This document shows positions 29,249 through 32,000 of a stretch of 32,000 bases of DNA, one piece after another (position 1 is the first letter of the stretch; every line of letters starts with the position of its first letter). The translations under genes and the position numbers were made by a program. Origin of the DNA: Candidatus Saccharimonadota bacterium (GTDB lineage: Bacteria; Patescibacteriota; Patescibacteriia; 2-12-FULL-60-25); assembly GCA_022843095.1 (NCBI GenBank), contig JALHOH010000001.1:300001-332000 (forward strand), written 5' to 3'. The notes under the pieces are model-generated. The model was not told where the DNA came from. It made no database searches and saw nothing but the letters and a program-made list of their open reading frames with translations.

Positions 29249-31429
29249 ATGATCAAGTCATCGCACGGACGTGGAAGTGCAAACGCATCCGCTGATGCGG
29301 AGCGCATGCGTGCCATTAAATCTCGCGTTCGAGAAGAGGCTGAGGCGCGTCGTCGTGCGCTAGAAGAAGAGGAGGCGACGGTCAGAGCGCATGTCCTTGC
29401 GAAAGCGGAAGAAGAGGTGCGTGCAAAGCAGGCGACGCAAGAAGAAGAACTAGCGCGAAAACGTCAGCTGCCATGGCGGAAAGCCAAGCTTTCGCGTCCA
29501 GATGCGATGCCAGCCCCACTTGATCCCGTTCCTGTCGAAGTGATCGAGGATACGGTGCTTATGGATACCGACGCAGAGGCGAAGGATCCGGATTTAGAAA
29601 AGAGTTTGGAGGCAATTTATCTGGAGAAAGAAGGAAGAATCCCCGAACTTGGAAAACTGGAACGTCGTCGTTCTTGGCGGCTTGTGTGGATGTTTGGGGC
29701 GGCATCCCTGTTTGTGGCGCTGCTTGTCGGTGTCGCCTGGGCCGGCTATTTCCTGTTTCAGCCGTTCCGGGATTTTCGTGGGCAGGGGATGGAGATCGCG
29801 TTGAACGCACCCACATTGGCGGCGCTCGGTCGAGAAGAGACGCTTGAGCTTGTTTTCACGAATCGCCACGTCCAATCCATTGAACGCGCCGAAATTCGTT
29901 TGGCGATGCCGCGTGGATTTACGCCCGTCGCCTTTGATCCGATGCCGACCAAACCGGATACGCTTACCTGGCAGTTGAACCAGTTTGCGCCAGGACAGGG
30001 CGGGGTGATTCGTGTACGCGGATTCTTTTTTGGGGCGTTGGGCGAAGAGCAGCCGATTCAGGTCATGAGCACCTATCGTCCGCTTGGGTATGGAAAAGAC
30101 GTGGAAGGGTTGCAGACGTCGGTTGTGCGTCTGGGGCAAACGGTGTTCATGGGACAGCTGCTTGCCCCGCCAAAAGCAGTTGCGGGCGATCCGGTGACGT
30201 TGCGATACGAGGTGGCGAATCGCGGAGATCAGCCGATGCGGAGCGTGGTGGCGCGGATTACCGTCCCACGGGCGTTTGTGCCGGCGCAAGCAACCAGTTC
30301 CGGTGGGGTGGTGGAGCTTGCGATGGGATCACTTCCCCCGAACGCGACCGGGACCGTCCAATTGCTGGGATCGTTTGCAGCAGGGACGAGTGGGGACATG
30401 GATTTTCATGCGGAAGCCGGTTGGAAGCGTGAAGATGGACGGTTTTTGGTTGCGCAGCAAGCCGATGCGCGTGTTGGGGTGTTTGCCGGAGACCTGTTGT
30501 TGCGACTTGTGGCAAACGGGGCAGATACGGATAAAACCATTCAACCAGGAGAGCCGTTGCGGATGGCGCTTGCGTATCAAAACGTAAGTCCAGAGCCGCT
30601 AAAAGACGTGAGTCTTACCGTTGGATTTGAAACGATCATGAACGGGTTGTCTGCAACCGGGACTTCTCTTTTGGATTGGGGGCGGTTGGATGATGCGCGT
30701 GGCGGGGCCTCCAGTACAAAAACGCGGATTCAGACCATCACCTATACCAAGCGGGAACTGCCACAGCTTGAATCATTGCCCCCACAAAGCGAAGGTCTGA
30801 TTGAAATTGGTTTGCCGACGCGCGGGGTGGCAAGCGGGACACGTGATGCCATGATTCGCATTCTGGTGACCGGGCAGGTGCCGGTGGTCGGAGAAACCCG
30901 TGTCCAGCGCACCGTGCGGTTGCCGGCGCTTTCGTTGCGCTACAAGAGCGATGCGGTGCTTGCGTCTGAAGCGTGGTATTACACAGAAGAAGGCGCGCCG
31001 GTTGGATATGGACCGCTTCCGCCGGTCGTAGGGAAGACGACGTCGTATCGTATTGTATGGCGCATCGAAAAGCGATTGCATCCACTGCAGAATGTGAAGG
31101 TCAGCGCCGTGCTCCCAAAGATCGTACGGTGGAGTGGAAAGACGATGGGAACCGGCGGAACGTTGTTGTTTGATGAAACAACGCGTGTGATGAGCTGGAC
31201 CATGCCAGAGATAGCGGATGGGATGCAGGAGGCAGAAGTCGCTTTTGATGTGCAGGTGACACCAGAAGAGCCGGACGCGGGACGATTCGCATCGCTGCTT
31301 GGCGAAACAAAATTGGAGGCCACGGATGCTGCGGTAAACGAGCCGGTTGTCCGTTTGCGCCCGCCTCTTTCCACGGATTTGCAGAATGATGATGGGGCAA
31401 AAGGCAAGGGTGTCGTACGCGCAAAATAG
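29249..31429 (+). CDS. Hypothetical single-pass membrane protein, 726 aa, with repeated beta-sandwich-like (CARDB/DUF11-like) extracytoplasmic modules
   Basis: The N-terminus is rich in Glu, Arg and Ala and looks like a coiled coil. A TM helix follows (LVWMFGAASLFVALLVGVAWAGYFLF). Segments of the type GDPVTLRYEVANRGDQPMRSVVARITVPRAF recur. Confidence 0.65.
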   Translation: MIKSSHGRGSANASADAERMRAIKSRVREEAEARRRALEEEEATVRAHVLAKAEEEVRAKQATQEEELARKRQLPWRKAKLSRPDAMPAPLDPVPVEVIEDTVLMDTDAEAKDPDLEKSLEAIYLEKEGRIPELGKLERRRSWRLVWMFGAASLFVALLVGVAWAGYFLFQPFRDFRGQGMEIALNAPTLAALGREETLELVFTNRHVQSIERAEIRLAMPRGFTPVAFDPMPTKPDTLTWQLNQFAPGQGGVIRVRGFFFGALGEEQPIQVMSTYRPLGYGKDVEGLQTSVVRLGQTVFMGQLLAPPKAVAGDPVTLRYEVANRGDQPMRSVVARITVPRAFVPAQATSSGGVVELAMGSLPPNATGTVQLLGSFAAGTSGDMDFHAEAGWKREDGRFLVAQQADARVGVFAGDLLLRLVANGADTDKTIQPGEPLRMALAYQNVSPEPLKDVSLTVGFETIMNGLSATGTSLLDWGRLDDARGGASSTKTRIQTITYTKRELPQLESLPPQSEGLIEIGLPTRGVASGTRDAMIRILVTGQVPVVGETRVQRTVRLPALSLRYKSDAVLASEAWYYTEEGAPVGYGPLPPVVGKTTSYRIVWRIEKRLHPLQNVKVSAVLPKIVRWSGKTMGTGGTLLFDETTRVMSWTMPEIADGMQEAEVAFDVQVTPEEPDAGRFASLLGETKLEATDAAVNEPVVRLRPPLSTDLQNDDGAKGKGVVRAK

Positions 31430-31457
31430 CCAATGAACACAACCCTCTTGGCAATGT

Positions 31458-31486
31458 ATACAACCTGTATGCTATAGTGGTTGTAT
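31458..31486 (+). promoter_or_regulatory. AT-rich 8-bp hairpin in the intergenic region before the last gene
   Basis: ATACAACC-13 nt-GGTTGTAT, 8 nt before the ATG at 31495. Its function is unknown. Confidence 0.2.
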
Positions 31487-31494
31487 CTCTCTCT

Positions 31495-32000
31495 ATGCCC
31501 ATCCGCGGAGGTCGTCGTCCAAGTGTTGTGCCTATTACGGCGCCGTCATTTCCGACGCCACCACGTCCCCACGTCTACCGAAAAATCGCGTACACATTTC
31601 TTGCCTTCACGATTTTCATCGTCGTCGGCGTGTTGTGGCTGACCTCCGTGCGTGCGGATGTGACGGTCAAGGTGGCGCGTGGCACGGTCGTGTTGGACGG
31701 CGGGGTAGAAATCGCGAAAACGCCCACGACGGGACAGTTACCCGGACGGGTGTTGCAGGACGTTTTCATGAAAAGCTCGACGTTTGAAGTAAAGGCGCAG
31801 CCCCCGGCAGAACCCCCGCCAACGTCTCCGAATCCAGAAACCCCTCCCGCACCCGCGGTCAACGAATCTTGGGTGGCGAAAGGGACCGTTCGTGTCATCA
31901 ACAAATATTCGCGTGATCAGAAGTTGGTCAAAACAACGCGATTACTGACGGCTGATGGCAAATTGTATCGCATCGAAAAAGACATTGTTGTTCCAAAGGG
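31495..32000 (+). CDS. TM-anchored baseplate-J-like protein (N-terminal part; continues beyond the window end)
   Basis: Absent from the ORF track because it is open to the window end. Hand translation gives MPIRGGRRPSVVPITAPSFPTPPRPHVYRKIAYTFLAFTIFIVVGVLWLTSVRADVTVKVARGTVVLDGGVEIAKTP..GTVRVINKYSRDQKLVKTTRLLTADGKLYRIEKDIVVPK. The layout resembles proteins annotated as baseplate J-like in CPR genomes, from memory. Confidence 0.5.
   Translation, partial: MPIRGGRRPSVVPITAPSFPTPPRPHVYRKIAYTFLAFTIFIVVGVLWLTSVRADVTVKVARGTVVLDGGVEIAKTPTTGQLPGRVLQDVFMKSSTFEVKAQPPAEPPPTSPNPETPPAPAVNESWVAKGTVRVINKYSRDQKLVKTTRLLTADGKLYRIEKDIVVPK

Noticed and set aside
1-32000. Scan for CRISPR arrays, rRNA, tmRNA, RNase P RNA, and long tandem or inverted repeats.
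   Set aside because: I saw no regularly spaced repeats and no conserved cores such as GAGGAAAGTCC for RNase P or a tmRNA-type GGGG..ACCA tRNA-like end pair. The only exact repeat noticed is the 20-mer at the tRNA-Gly locus. A visual scan cannot exclude divergent elements.

Overview
GC-rich bacterial chromosomal window, densely coded on both strands. There is no CRISPR array, rRNA, transposase or integrase. Gene content suggests a Patescibacteria/CPR-like organism; this is inference only, from the DUF4012 protein, a TM-anchored baseplate-J-like protein, an expanded NDK and many orphan genes. Housekeeping genes recognised by motif are cca (partial), hflX, ccdA plus a thioredoxin-like gene, an ECF sigma factor, gpsA, rnc, nusB, rpmF, ndk, an rlmI-like methyltransferase, a Nudix hydrolase, a histidine phosphatase and a GT4 glycosyltransferase. 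Four tRNAs are present: Arg-TCG, Phe-GAA, Gly-TCC and Pro-TGG. Most transcription units end in clear hairpin plus T-run terminators. Several genes have a -10 box 5-9 nt from the start codon, which implies leaderless mRNAs. The most unusual region is about 18.5-21.5 kb. It holds a terminator-insulated gene whose C-terminus looks like a divergent RelA/SpoT (small alarmone synthetase / toxSAS-like) nucleotidyltransferase. This is followed by a long structured leader, a 165-aa orphan gene and about 240 nt of unassigned structured DNA. The region ends in a tRNA cluster containing a 73-nt tRNA-Gly-derived tRNA-like element with an intact acceptor stem and CCA but a G-less 21-nt loop. Other notable items are a degenerate PARG-like (TIGR02452-type) macrodomain protein and an unannotated 38-aa membrane-peptide unit with its own promoter and terminator. 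There is also an ECF sigma factor whose gene overlaps a 1767-aa membrane-anchored alpha-2-macroglobulin-like protein that appears to lack its thioester, a Cys-less L32 with a His/Asp tail, and a GT4-DUF4012-726 aa-baseplate-J-like envelope operon. All functional calls rest on my reading of motifs in the translations; no database search was run.
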